A stretch of 64,000 nucleotides of DNA from Escherichia phage FL38, in the sequence record PP400784; one strand, written 5' to 3'. Every line of letters begins with the position of its first letter. The stretch's first letter is position 1. A program made the translations under genes and the position numbers. Positions 16,704 through 26,239 of the stretch are shown one piece after another. Under the pieces are notes generated by a model that ran no database searches, was not told where the DNA came from, and was given only the letters and a program-made list of their open reading frames with translations.

Positions 16704-16736
16704 TAAAATAAAAAAGCCGACCACACGGATCGGCTT
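16704..16736 (-). terminator. intrinsic terminator after 16746..17141
   Basis: Minus strand AAGCCGATCCGTGTGGTCGGCTT then TTTTTATTTT; near-identical to the plus-strand hairpin at 6623. Confidence 0.6.
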
Positions 16737-16745
16737 AATAATCAG

Positions 16746-17141
16746 TTACTTACTAAATTTCTTTTTGGCTTCGTCTACCGCATGAGATGCCAGTACCGCA
16801 GCCGCATGTGCACTTTTATCTGTGTTGCAGAGAACGCCCAGATAAACATCACGCCAAAGTTTAATCATCTCGTAGATCATATCAATATCATTTTCTTGTT
16901 TGTTGGCGATGCTATTCGTCGTTATCTGGTAAGATAACGGCTTGATCTGTACTGGTTCCGCCATCGGGCTAATCGGTTTCGGATCAGTCATAATAGGTGC
17001 TGTTGTGGGTGGTGTTTTCCATACGTCATTATTCCACGGTTTAATCGTTGTATCGTAAAGTTTATAAGGATTTTTGTCTGGATTAACCATCCAGGCATGA
17101 TGAGTACCCAAACCATTTGAAGTGATGCGTCGTTCAGTCAT
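16746..17141 (-). CDS. hypothetical protein (131 aa)
   Basis: ORF followed by terminator. Confidence 0.5.
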   Translation of the reverse strand: MTERRITSNGLGTHHAWMVNPDKNPYKLYDTTIKPWNNDVWKTPPTTAPIMTDPKPISPMAEPVQIKPLSYQITTNSIANKQENDIDMIYEMIKLWRDVYLGVLCNTDKSAHAAAVLASHAVDEAKKKFSK

Positions 17142-17343
17142 ACTTTCCCTCCAAAAATTCTTTCATCAAATAGTCTATCGTTGCTCTGTGTTCTGGTGTG
17201 TTTGTTATCTCTGCTAACTTATTCAGAGATTCAATAGTGATCCGGTTGGATTCTTCCAGTGTTTCAACGACAATTGGAACAATCTTTTTATTGTTGTACA
17301 CAAATGCAATATAACCGCCTTCTGGATATTCTTTCATAATCAA
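17134..17343 (-). CDS. hypothetical protein (69 aa)
   Basis: Overlapping start/stop with neighbours. Confidence 0.45.
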   Translation of the reverse strand: MIMKEYPEGGYIAFVYNNKKIVPIVVETLEESNRITIESLNKLAEITNTPEHRATIDYLMKEFLEGKYD

Positions 17344-18701
17344 CCCTTCTTAAGTTCTTTAAGATCTTTCTTATATTCCTTCATTGCGGTCGTCTTTGTC
17401 CAATACTCATATTCACTATGATGTTTATCGGCATCTTTGACCAGTCGATCATACTCTTCTTGAGTAACGCTATACAATGGCATAGAAACTAGCTTATCGG
17501 CGTATGGACGCAGTTTTTCATGTCCATTGATGGATTGCATTACCTCGGCCTTTTTCTTGCCCTGTAGCTCGATTTCGCCCTTAATTACGCGGTCGATAAA
17601 TTCAGCTTTAGCCATTGCATAATTGTATGCTTCCAGTGTTTCCGCTTGCATCAATTCAATGCGTTTATCGACATACCCTAATCGGATTTCGACGAATCGA
17701 CGGATCAGATCGCTCGCTTTCTCGAATACTTCTACTAAACCACGTTCATTAACCACTACGATATTCTGGGCTACTAACTGTGTTAGTTTAAAATCCTTCA
17801 TGATTTGCTCATGTCGAGCGGATTCATCTTCGCTTTTGAAATAATCGCGTTTCAGTGTTACTTCAAATCTGAATCCATCCTTAGAGCAACGGTCATTATA
17901 TGAGACAATCAGATCTTTTTCTTCCAGTGCATCCAGTACCGCTACATATTCTTCACGGTCGAACTTATAAGGAACTTCTGATATTGTCAGTTTAGTCTTG
18001 CCGTTTAGTTCATATGTACCCTCAAGAATCACACCATCGCGATCATCTCGCGGGATAACTTTACCCGTGAATTTCGGGAATTGAACATTAGGTTCTTTAT
18101 CCAGTTTTCCGGCAAGTGCTAGCTCTGTGCATTCAATGAGGCTTTCCAGTGAATGCGGTAAAATGTCAGTTTTATACCCTGAAGCAATACCACTAATACC
18201 ATTAGCCAATACCATTGGCACAACTGGCAAGTAGAACGCTGGCGGGATGTGTTCCAGATCTTCGTGCTTAGGTGCGCAATTCATATCTTTATAGATTTTA
18301 AAGAAGTTTTCATGCACACGAGCAAAGATATAACGTGCCGCTCCTGCTTTCTGGACTAAACGCGATCCGAAGTTACCTTGACCGTCAAGCAGTGGAGTAT
18401 TATTGCTCCATGTATTCGCCATGAGTGATCCGGCTTCTACGGCATTAGTTTCGCCGTGGTGATACCCCAACTCAGCGACACCAGATCCAATATCTGCCAT
18501 CTTACGGAATTTCTTACGGTCGCCTTTACTCTTTTGCAAAGCACATTCCATAACAAAGCGTTGCACTGGTTTAAGCCCATCCACTAATTGAGGAATCCCG
18601 CGTTCCTCGGCAGAATAGATCGCATATTCCTTAGCTTCATTATGTACAATGCTTTCAAGGCTGCGGTAAGTAACTGATTTATTCATCTTCACCTCATACA
18701 C
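17340..18701 (-). CDS. 52: DNA topoisomerase II medium subunit (GyrA-like)
   Basis: 453 aa; GLKPVQRFVM GyrA-type N-terminal motif; T4 gp52 is 442 aa. Confidence 0.85.
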   Translation of the reverse strand: MYEVKMNKSVTYRSLESIVHNEAKEYAIYSAEERGIPQLVDGLKPVQRFVMECALQKSKGDRKKFRKMADIGSGVAELGYHHGETNAVEAGSLMANTWSNNTPLLDGQGNFGSRLVQKAGAARYIFARVHENFFKIYKDMNCAPKHEDLEHIPPAFYLPVVPMVLANGISGIASGYKTDILPHSLESLIECTELALAGKLDKEPNVQFPKFTGKVIPRDDRDGVILEGTYELNGKTKLTISEVPYKFDREEYVAVLDALEEKDLIVSYNDRCSKDGFRFEVTLKRDYFKSEDESARHEQIMKDFKLTQLVAQNIVVVNERGLVEVFEKASDLIRRFVEIRLGYVDKRIELMQAETLEAYNYAMAKAEFIDRVIKGEIELQGKKKAEVMQSINGHEKLRPYADKLVSMPLYSVTQEEYDRLVKDADKHHSEYEYWTKTTAMKEYKKDLKELKKG

Positions 18702-19056
18702 GCTTACAAATCACATTCTTTACTTTATCAGATTTATCAGCCCAATCCAATAGCCATTTTAACGGAAGGATTGACACAATAAACGGGGCAGCAATCAAAG
18801 CAAACATGATACACCTGATAATCAGGAAAACGCAAGTGACAAAACTAGCGATAGTGATCCCGACAAAACAAAATACCATAGAAAACAGAGTAATGATATA
18901 TAAAGGCCAGAATACCCACTCCCGCATCTTAACGCCTTTGTATTCTCTGAATTGCTTAAAATCTACAAACAACTCTCGGATAGACGCGTACAGGACCGAA
19001 AAATCATCTTTCATTGCTCTGAATGAGCAATCTTCTATTTTAGAATGACCTAGCAT
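18694..19056 (-). CDS. hypothetical membrane protein (120 aa, 2-3 TM helices)
   Basis: Long hydrophobic segments in the translation. Confidence 0.5.
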   Translation of the reverse strand: MLGHSKIEDCSFRAMKDDFSVLYASIRELFVDFKQFREYKGVKMREWVFWPLYIITLFSMVFCFVGITIASFVTCVFLIIRCIMFALIAAPFIVSILPLKWLLDWADKSDKVKNVICKRV

Positions 19057-19058
19057 TA

Positions 19059-19352
19059 TTAACCGCCTTTAACCATTGATACAGGAATTGTTTTCTGATT
19101 TGTGTATAAGTGGCCTACTTCAATTTTTTCTTGAATCACCACGACGTTACAATATCCACTGTCTTTAAGTTTTCTGATAATGACTCGCTTTTGTTCGTCG
19201 GTGATAGGATTGACTGTTCTCACCAATTCACCGCAAATAATAGCACCATCTTTACAATTACCAGTAACTTTCATGCTACGACCGTGAACAACAACCACGT
19301 CACCGTAAATCACATTTTCGTCGTCGTATTTGGTAATAACCGTGACCGTCAT
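19059..19352 (-). CDS. hypothetical protein (97 aa)
   Basis: ORF downstream of terminator hairpin. Confidence 0.5.
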   Translation of the reverse strand: MTVTVITKYDDENVIYGDVVVVHGRSMKVTGNCKDGAIICGELVRTVNPITDEQKRVIIRKLKDSGYCNVVVIQEKIEVGHLYTNQKTIPVSMVKGG

Positions 19353-19364
19353 AATGTATTCCCT

Positions 19365-19389
19365 CTAAGAAAGGCCGCGCAAAGCGGCC
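19365..19389 (-). terminator. stem-loop/terminator AGGCCGC-GCAAA-GCGGCCT
   Basis: 7-bp GC stem followed on minus strand by TTTCTT. Confidence 0.45.
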
Positions 19390-19397
19390 TATGTTGA

Positions 19398-19724
19398 TTA
19401 TTGTTCTACAGTATAACCGTTGTTTTCAAGCCATGCAATAACAATCTTTTCGCCAATTTCATCGAGCATTTCATCAGCGCCATATTCTTTAATGAAAGTC
19501 GATGGATCATTATTGCTTACTACGTGCTGGATCACAACATGTTCAGGAATTGCGTCTAGTAGTTCGCTATGATCATACTCATTAACGATATCTTCAACAC
19601 TAACATTATTAACCAAATCAACATCATCCATAGTCACAGTAACGCGACCGGACGGACGCAATGAATATTGGCTACTTTCAACTTCAACATGTGCACTTTC
19701 GCAAGTAACTTTCATATCAACCAT
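19398..19724 (-). CDS. hypothetical acidic protein (108 aa)
   Basis: ORF. Confidence 0.5.
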   Translation of the reverse strand: MVDMKVTCESAHVEVESSQYSLRPSGRVTVTMDDVDLVNNVSVEDIVNEYDHSELLDAIPEHVVIQHVVSNNDPSTFIKEYGADEMLDEIGEKIVIAWLENNGYTVEQ

Positions 19725-19738
19725 AATTAATTCCTCTG

Positions 19739-20740
19739 TTAGTAATGGCTAAAACCTTCGGTTACATCTTCAACCACATAGTAACGATGACAGCGCATTT
19801 TGGCATTCGCATAATCTTTCGGGATACTTACAACGTGACGCGGATCAACTTTACATTTAATGATTCGGCCTCGTCCACCGCCATAGTGCGGAATATAGTG
19901 TTTAGCTGCAACGTGGAGGCCATTAGAGCAAGTGCGATCATCATCTGGGTCCACGTCTTTACGCTTCATTTTAACCGTGCGACCTGGGCTATTATCAAAC
20001 GTATGCGTAAAGAAATCTTTATAATCAACATCAACACGTTTCCATGCATAGAAACAACCATCTTCCACGATCTCAATGTCGTTGTGCTCTAAGAAGTCAA
20101 ATAGACGATCTACGGCCTTACGGCTAGGGTTTTTCTTGCACTTCTCAAAGAAGTTCAGATAGTGCGTATATGGCTTATTCTCTTTAATCGACTCCACAAC
20201 TCGACGAGTCAGATTATTATCAAGAACAATATTATGATAATACACAATACCATTTTCGATACGGAAAGCGCCGTGATAATATACTTCAACCGCTTTCTTA
20301 ATGTCAATCAGCGTAATAGCTTTGATGAAATCATTATGTTTAATCGCTTCCAGTGCTTCATTAAAGTTAACATGCGATGGATCAGCAGTATAAACAATGT
20401 CACCACATGTAATAGTAATAAACTTAGTTGAGGCTATTGCTACGATTTTTGAGGAAGTAGTCACGGGCTTTTTTGCGCGTTCACCGCCTTTTCCTTTACT
20501 GGTTTTACGGCGTGCTTTACGTTTTTCTAGTGCCTTGCGACCTTCCGCTACTGCGTCTTTCTGAATCAGTAATACACGGGAGGCAGTACGACGAGATACC
20601 CCAAATGCTGACGCAAGTGCTTCGCGGGTAGTAAACTTACCTTCGCCCCACTGTTTAGCCAGTTTGATTTGTTTCGCAGAATCCAGGCATTGAACGTTAC
20701 GGTCAGAGCCGGTGATTTTTGCTTTAGTCATAGTATTCAT
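19739..20740 (-). CDS. rIIB: rIIB protein
   Basis: 333 aa; SRLFDFLxxNDIEIxEDGxFYAWK, TFDNSPG.VKM, HPR.VVSIP.DY..AKMR and VVEDVTE match T4 rIIB. Confidence 0.88.
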   Translation of the reverse strand: MNTMTKAKITGSDRNVQCLDSAKQIKLAKQWGEGKFTTREALASAFGVSRRTASRVLLIQKDAVAEGRKALEKRKARRKTSKGKGGERAKKPVTTSSKIVAIASTKFITITCGDIVYTADPSHVNFNEALEAIKHNDFIKAITLIDIKKAVEVYYHGAFRIENGIVYYHNIVLDNNLTRRVVESIKENKPYTHYLNFFEKCKKNPSRKAVDRLFDFLEHNDIEIVEDGCFYAWKRVDVDYKDFFTHTFDNSPGRTVKMKRKDVDPDDDRTCSNGLHVAAKHYIPHYGGGRGRIIKCKVDPRHVVSIPKDYANAKMRCHRYYVVEDVTEGFSHY

Positions 20741-20793
20741 TCCTCTATTAGTTGGGCGACTCTCGCCGCCCGATTCACATCATTATACCAGAA

Positions 20794-20925
20794 TTATTTT
20801 GCTTCTACAACCTTGCGGATTGTGCGGTCTGATACATTATAGATTCGTGCCAGTTCGCCTTTAGTCAAGCCGCGAGCGTATTGTTTACGGATTGTTTCTT
20901 TCTGGATAGCGGTCAGTTTAGTCAT
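20794..20925 (-). CDS. small helix-turn-helix protein (43 aa) between rIIA and rIIB
   Basis: Not in ORF track; SD AGAGGTGA; HTH TKGELARIYNVSDRTIRKV resembles the N-terminal HTH of rIIB. Confidence 0.5.
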   Translation of the reverse strand: MTKLTAIQKETIRKQYARGLTKGELARIYNVSDRTIRKVVEAK

Positions 20926-20936
20926 AATATCACCTC

Positions 20937-23045
20937 TTAAAATTTAACATTCTTAACCAGTTTCATAAAGTCTTGTGCGCGTTTGTCATTATGCAGAATA
21001 CGATACCAGTTATCTACAATATCATACAGTAACGGGCTATTCTCTTTAAACTTCGCACAAACTGCTTTAATTCGTTCGTTTGCTACCGTGAATTTTTCAT
21101 CACAAATCTTTTTAGTTTCTTCGTCCATAATCCAACGAGTACGAAGGAGTAACTTGGAAACCTCTTTATTATAATGACGACCGTACAGTCTGTCAATAAA
21201 TTCTGGAACACAGCGTTCTAGTTCATCGTCATGAAACAACATAGTGATCACACCCAGATATTCGCCATACCCCAGATGATTGGTCTTAACCTTCTTAGCC
21301 AGACCAGCCAGCTTACCGCGAACAAATTCTAGCGCACATTCCAATTGTTCGTCAACGAGATATTTTTGTGTCTCGTTTCGAGTAATAATATACTTTGTTA
21401 CCCCGAAGTAGTCAAGCGCCGTGTGTAATGTATTTTCACTATGGATCGATTTACGACTACGGCTTTCGAATGAATCACCTACGCGGAACATGTGCAAGCC
21501 TGATAACTCGCGAATCTCTGCCGCTTTCATGTGATGGCTGGTTTTATTCCAACTGTCACCAATCTTTTCCATGATATACACGTTAGGCAGCTTAGGAGTC
21601 GCTTCACGTTGTGTACGCTCGGTCTTCTCCGGTTTAACTGCTTTAGCACGCAGATCATCGGCCTCAGAAACTTTAATCACGGTCATTTCAGAATCATCAT
21701 AATACTGTTTGATGTACTCGAAAGTTTCCATATGTTTTTCGTTGCGCTGACGGAACACCAATACCTTTTTATTGATTCCGTATTCCTGGACCATGCCGTT
21801 AAGAGTCAGTGCACGCAGTTTCGGTTTATCGGTATCATCAATAAGACACGTAATATCTTCTTTATGCATCCATACAAAATGCGTAATGTTGTATTGACTG
21901 CTAACGAAAGCAGGGCGCAATTTACTGATTGTGTTACGAGTACGATATAGAGTATACACCTGACCTTCTACGTCATTTGGCGAATCTTTACCCGCATTCA
22001 CAAACTTATTATAGATTGCTACCGGATCATCCCACTGCCCGATCTTACCCATCTTGCTAATAATATTGCGTTGAGTCGATGAATACTCGCTCATAAATTG
22101 CGCAAGTTTACGCTCTGTTTTAATGTTGGCGATCTTCTCTTTAACCTTTTCCAACATCATTTCATTGATTTCTGCAATACGTTTTTCGATGTTCGCTTTA
22201 GTCTCAATTGACAAGTGAACTTCTTCACGCGATGGCATCAGGTCCAGATCACCCAACTCAAAATTAATGTAAATGGTCTGGTGCTGGCGGTTTACAGCTT
22301 CTAACCATGTTCCGCGAACATATTCATACGGGATCGGATACTGGATCTTACCCATGATTGCATATACTACATAGGAATCGTTATCACGCCCATTACAAAC
22401 ATAATAATTATCAAAGCTAGGGAAATAATTAATTTCGATTGCATTGATATTAGGTTTGTGTTCCCCAAAATGACGCAGTACAAATTGCGCTTCTCGATGC
22501 CATGTCTGAATGTCTTTTTCTTTCACTGGAATAGTGATTTTCAGACCATTGTCTTCATAGGTCGGTTCGTCGAAAATCTGCACCATTTTCGGCATAGAGT
22601 TTTGCACAAATGCCGTAAAGCCATAAGCGCGACCATTGTAATAGTTTACGATTGTAAAGGTGTCAGTGTAGCTATAAGCAGATTTCGCACCTAAACCAAA
22701 AGACCCGATATAGTCATTAGTCTGGTCTTTTGTTGATTCAAAGTAAACCGTAAACAGTTGTTCTAATTCTTTCTTAGACGGAATACCAGTACCATAATCA
22801 CGCACAGAAAAATACGGTTCGATTGCAGTCGGTAAATGAATATCAAACGGACGATCTAAGGTTCCGGCTTCTTTGTGAGTGTCGGTAGCATTGCACGAAT
22901 ACTCACGGACGCAAGCACGCTCACAATATTGATAAGTGTTCTTAGAAAGCACCATAAAAGCCTTGCTACTTGCTTTCAGTGAAAAATCAACCGCACCGCT
23001 CAGGTCACTGCCAAATACTTCTTCATTATCAATATGCATTTTCAT
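20937..23045 (-). CDS. rIIA: rIIA protein (GHKL-type ATPase fold)
   Basis: 702 aa; adjacent to rIIB as in T4; DYGTGIP/GSFGLGAKSAY ATPase-like motifs. Confidence 0.85.
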   Translation of the reverse strand: MKMHIDNEEVFGSDLSGAVDFSLKASSKAFMVLSKNTYQYCERACVREYSCNATDTHKEAGTLDRPFDIHLPTAIEPYFSVRDYGTGIPSKKELEQLFTVYFESTKDQTNDYIGSFGLGAKSAYSYTDTFTIVNYYNGRAYGFTAFVQNSMPKMVQIFDEPTYEDNGLKITIPVKEKDIQTWHREAQFVLRHFGEHKPNINAIEINYFPSFDNYYVCNGRDNDSYVVYAIMGKIQYPIPYEYVRGTWLEAVNRQHQTIYINFELGDLDLMPSREEVHLSIETKANIEKRIAEINEMMLEKVKEKIANIKTERKLAQFMSEYSSTQRNIISKMGKIGQWDDPVAIYNKFVNAGKDSPNDVEGQVYTLYRTRNTISKLRPAFVSSQYNITHFVWMHKEDITCLIDDTDKPKLRALTLNGMVQEYGINKKVLVFRQRNEKHMETFEYIKQYYDDSEMTVIKVSEADDLRAKAVKPEKTERTQREATPKLPNVYIMEKIGDSWNKTSHHMKAAEIRELSGLHMFRVGDSFESRSRKSIHSENTLHTALDYFGVTKYIITRNETQKYLVDEQLECALEFVRGKLAGLAKKVKTNHLGYGEYLGVITMLFHDDELERCVPEFIDRLYGRHYNKEVSKLLLRTRWIMDEETKKICDEKFTVANERIKAVCAKFKENSPLLYDIVDNWYRILHNDKRAQDFMKLVKNVKF

Positions 23046-23059
23046 AATATAATCCTCAC

Positions 23060-23317
23060 TTAATTAAAATCTTCTTTGTCCATCTCTGCGTAGATTACAT
23101 CCCACGCCCATAAATCAATAAACGCATTATATGTCACGGTGCAATCGTTGTCAATCACTTCTTTCGCATATTTCTTGATGTTTTCGTAGGAAACTTGCGG
23201 GTCAATTTTGTGTTTACGAAGGTGCGCATATTCATATCTCAGACATTTCATAAACAGGTCCATCGATTTCTTTTCTCGATGACACTTGGCGATCATAAAA
23301 TCAAAACTTCGACTCAT
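23060..23317 (-). CDS. hypothetical protein (85 aa)
   Basis: ORF. Confidence 0.5.
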   Translation of the reverse strand: MSRSFDFMIAKCHREKKSMDLFMKCLRYEYAHLRKHKIDPQVSYENIKKYAKEVIDNDCTVTYNAFIDLWAWDVIYAEMDKEDFN

Positions 23318-23328
23318 TTTTCTACTCC

Positions 23329-23523
23329 TTATACATTTTCAATTACCCATTGCAGATGGGCTTCTGCGTCAACCAGTTCAGCGCGGCTTTTCTCTAAGCA
23401 CTTGCTGTATTCTTTACGTTCCCACTCGGCAATTTCGTTTTTCAGGACTTCTTCATAGTAAGCAATTACGCCTTTCAGGTCTGAAACTTTACGGCTTGCC
23501 AATTCGATGTAATGGTTACGCAT
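23329..23523 (-). CDS. hypothetical protein (64 aa)
   Basis: ORF. Confidence 0.45.
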   Translation of the reverse strand: MRNHYIELASRKVSDLKGVIAYYEEVLKNEIAEWERKEYSKCLEKSRAELVDAEAHLQWVIENV

Positions 23524-23710
23524 TTTGATTCTCCTTTGTTACTAGATAACGAATTTGGTCTTGCATTGCGATCAGTTCCCAGCGTGCTACTTTCATCATG
23601 GAAACTGACTCTTTGAACATAATATTAGCTTTTTCCTTCTCCCCTGTCAAGTAGATTTCTGCAATTTTTTCACAAAATTTTTGAGTTTCTTCATTCTTAA
23701 ACGGTTTCAT
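23516..23710 (-). CDS. hypothetical protein (64 aa; ATG start chosen over track TTG)
   Basis: The track start is TTG lying in the promoter -35; ATG three codons downstream. Confidence 0.45.
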   Translation of the reverse strand: MKPFKNEETQKFCEKIAEIYLTGEKEKANIMFKESVSMMKVARWELIAMQDQIRYLVTKENQNA

Positions 23711-23776
23711 ATAAGTCAACCTTTTGTTTTCGATGGGGACATTATGATATATCCCCGATCCAGTGTCAACAGATTT

Positions 23777-24076
23777 TTAATCTTTTTTCAATGCATCCAT
23801 TACTCGCTCTGCGATCAGTTCTCGTAAGCACTGATAACCATGATATTTGATGGCAATGTCACGCAGATCATTAACCAGTTCCCGTACTTCATGGTCTTTC
23901 AGATCGTCTCTGTATTTCGATTTAACCGTGTCTTTAGGTGGATTGTGGATAACCTGAAAACCTTGTTCTGCAATCACTGCGGCTTCTCGCTGGCGTTCAT
24001 GTTGTACTGTATTTTTGATCAGGTCTACTTCCATGAACTTTGTCATGCTCATCATCATGTTATTCTTTTTGCTCAT
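23777..24076 (-). CDS. hypothetical protein (99 aa; start trimmed to MSKKNN)
   Basis: Track N-terminus reads through the promoter/palindrome; internal ATG has SD GAGGA. Confidence 0.5.
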   Translation of the reverse strand: MSKKNNMMMSMTKFMEVDLIKNTVQHERQREAAVIAEQGFQVIHNPPKDTVKSKYRDDLKDHEVRELVNDLRDIAIKYHGYQCLRELIAERVMDALKKD

Positions 24077-24141
24077 TATTAAATCCTCATAAACGAAAAG
24101 GGAGACTCCCATTATAGAGAATCTCCCTTGTATGTCAAGTG

Positions 24142-25965
24142 TTATGATTGCATCCAAATTTTGCGGCGGTCTGAATCTTCGCTATAGAGCAAATCGAATA
24201 GCTCTTTATAGTTTTCCGGTAACGTGATGATTTCCATTACAGGATCGTTGATCACGCGATGATAATCTGATTCTGTAAGAGATGCTAACCCTTTGATATA
24301 TCGAATGCTATAACCTTTGATATTATCTCGGTCGTTCTCGAAATCTTCTAGGTCATAATACCATCGAACATCATCACCTTTCTTTGGTTCCGCAATGATA
24401 ATAGGTGTTTTGATAAACCGGATTCGTCCATCTTCGAACAATTCAGGCCAACGTGCAAAGAAAGAGATCAGACTAGGTTTAATAGACCCGATCCCGTCAG
24501 TATCAGCGTCTGTCATAATCGCAATATTTTTGTATTGCATAACTTCCAATGCATCAACACCAAATTGCAAACCAGTGATCGCCATGATGTTAAAAATTTC
24601 GGCGTTCTTAACGATCTTTGCCTCCGGTTGTTCCCACGTTGTAAGAGTTTTGCCTCGCAACGGGAAACCTCCATGTAAATCTGGATCACGTACAGAGACC
24701 AGATAGTTGATCGCGGAATCACCTTCCGTCAAAAACAGGGTAGTTTCTGCGTCAGTTCCAATAAGGTTAGCTTTAACGTGTTTTGCTACCTTAGCCCGTT
24801 TCGCTGCTTTGGCTGCCTTAGTCGCTGCCGCTTTATCTGCTGCCTCTTTGCGTGCCAGGACTACAGCAATAATAGGCATGATAATGTTTTCTTTCTTCGC
24901 AATGACTTTAGCCAGCTTTTTAAAATCAAGATCAATATGACGCTTGATATCACCAGTTGGATTAGTCAATCGTTCTTTTGTCTGTGAATCAAAACGAAGG
25001 TTAGGCAATTCACGAACAATAAGAATACAGGTCAATCCAGACTTAACCGCAGCTTTAGTAACATCAACCTTATGTTCTTTCTTGATTCGTTTTACAATCT
25101 CTTCACAAAGATCATCTGTCACGTAGTCTACGTGTGTTCCCCCGTTTTTGGTAAACAGACCATTAGCAAAGGATACTGATTTAAAACCTTCTCCCTCGAC
25201 CGCAGGAACTAGGGCAAGTGAAAAGTTTTTATCTTCAATGACAAACGGATCATCATTGTATAGTTTAGCATAATCCTTGAACTTACTAACAATACGTTTA
25301 CCATTAAACTTAAACGTGATCTTAGGAAAGATTACGCTCAATGATTGCAGACGATCATGAACAATATCTAAAACAGAGTTGTCCATCATATAACCTTCGA
25401 AGTGGTCGAAGTCTGGACAAAATGTAACCTTCGTTCCCTTCAATTTTGATGGTTTTGATGACCATGTGATATTTTCAGCCCCGTTTGTGCATTGAACGGT
25501 CATTTCTGTTTCACCATCACAGGTCACACCAGTAAACCAATCGCTAAAGAAATTTGACAACGACGACCCCACACCGTTCATCCCTTGCGTTAATCGATTG
25601 GTATCATCAAAGTTAGACCCTGCTTTTGTTCGTGTCCATGCGGCTACAGGTTGCGGAATCTGCGTACCCTCTGGGGTAGTAACCATATGTTGAGGAATAC
25701 CGCGACCATTGTCTGTTACCGTAACAATATTGTTTTGGATATCGACGCTAATCACATTGGCAAATTCAAAGTTAGTGCGGATCGCCTCGTCTACAGAGTT
25801 GTCGATGATCTCATCAATGATTTTAACCAGTCCAGGAACATATGAAATTTTTGTCCACTTACCGAACAGGAAACGTTGATGTTCTTCGTAAGTTGTTGAT
25901 CCTATATACATTCCTGCACGCTTAAGGACATGTTCACGATCAGATAAAATGCGAAACTCACTCAT
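24142..25965 (-). CDS. 39: DNA topoisomerase II large subunit (GyrB-like), apparently unsplit
   Basis: 607 aa; GHKL ATPase motif IIDNSVDEA; longer than T4 gp39 (516 aa), consistent with fused 39+60. Confidence 0.9.
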   Translation of the reverse strand: MSEFRILSDREHVLKRAGMYIGSTTYEEHQRFLFGKWTKISYVPGLVKIIDEIIDNSVDEAIRTNFEFANVISVDIQNNIVTVTDNGRGIPQHMVTTPEGTQIPQPVAAWTRTKAGSNFDDTNRLTQGMNGVGSSLSNFFSDWFTGVTCDGETEMTVQCTNGAENITWSSKPSKLKGTKVTFCPDFDHFEGYMMDNSVLDIVHDRLQSLSVIFPKITFKFNGKRIVSKFKDYAKLYNDDPFVIEDKNFSLALVPAVEGEGFKSVSFANGLFTKNGGTHVDYVTDDLCEEIVKRIKKEHKVDVTKAAVKSGLTCILIVRELPNLRFDSQTKERLTNPTGDIKRHIDLDFKKLAKVIAKKENIIMPIIAVVLARKEAADKAAATKAAKAAKRAKVAKHVKANLIGTDAETTLFLTEGDSAINYLVSVRDPDLHGGFPLRGKTLTTWEQPEAKIVKNAEIFNIMAITGLQFGVDALEVMQYKNIAIMTDADTDGIGSIKPSLISFFARWPELFEDGRIRFIKTPIIIAEPKKGDDVRWYYDLEDFENDRDNIKGYSIRYIKGLASLTESDYHRVINDPVMEIITLPENYKELFDLLYSEDSDRRKIWMQS

Positions 25966-26068
25966 TATTAAACCTCTTCATAACATAACCATAACTTACT
26001 GCAACCGCCACAAAGACGGCTGCAACAATCATATTAAAAATTGAGTGATTGTCAAGTATATGACTCAT
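25958..26068 (-). CDS. putative small single-TM peptide (36 aa)
   Basis: Not in ORF track; ATG overlaps upstream stop (ATGA); stop overlaps gp39 start; hydrophobic core MIVAAVFVAVAVSYGYV. Confidence 0.35.
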   Translation of the reverse strand: MSHILDNHSIFNMIVAAVFVAVAVSYGYVMKRFNNE

Positions 26069-26238
26069 GACACGCGCACATTTTTATCATAGTACCCGCC
26101 ATTAATCCCGCGCGGGGCAGTTAATCCCTGTTTGCATTCTTTACCACATTCAGGGCATTCTGCCTTTTCACGTTCGGAAATTTTGCGGATTTTCTGAAAT
26201 TGACCGTGTTCTTCACAAGAATAATCATATAATGGCAT
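26065..26238 (-). CDS. FmdB-like zinc-ribbon protein (57 aa; start trimmed)
   Basis: MPLYDYSCEEHGQF ... CPECGK matches the FmdB-type CxxC zinc-ribbon pattern. Confidence 0.45.
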   Translation of the reverse strand: MPLYDYSCEEHGQFQKIRKISEREKAECPECGKECKQGLTAPRGINGGYYDKNVRVS

Positions 26239-26239
26239 A

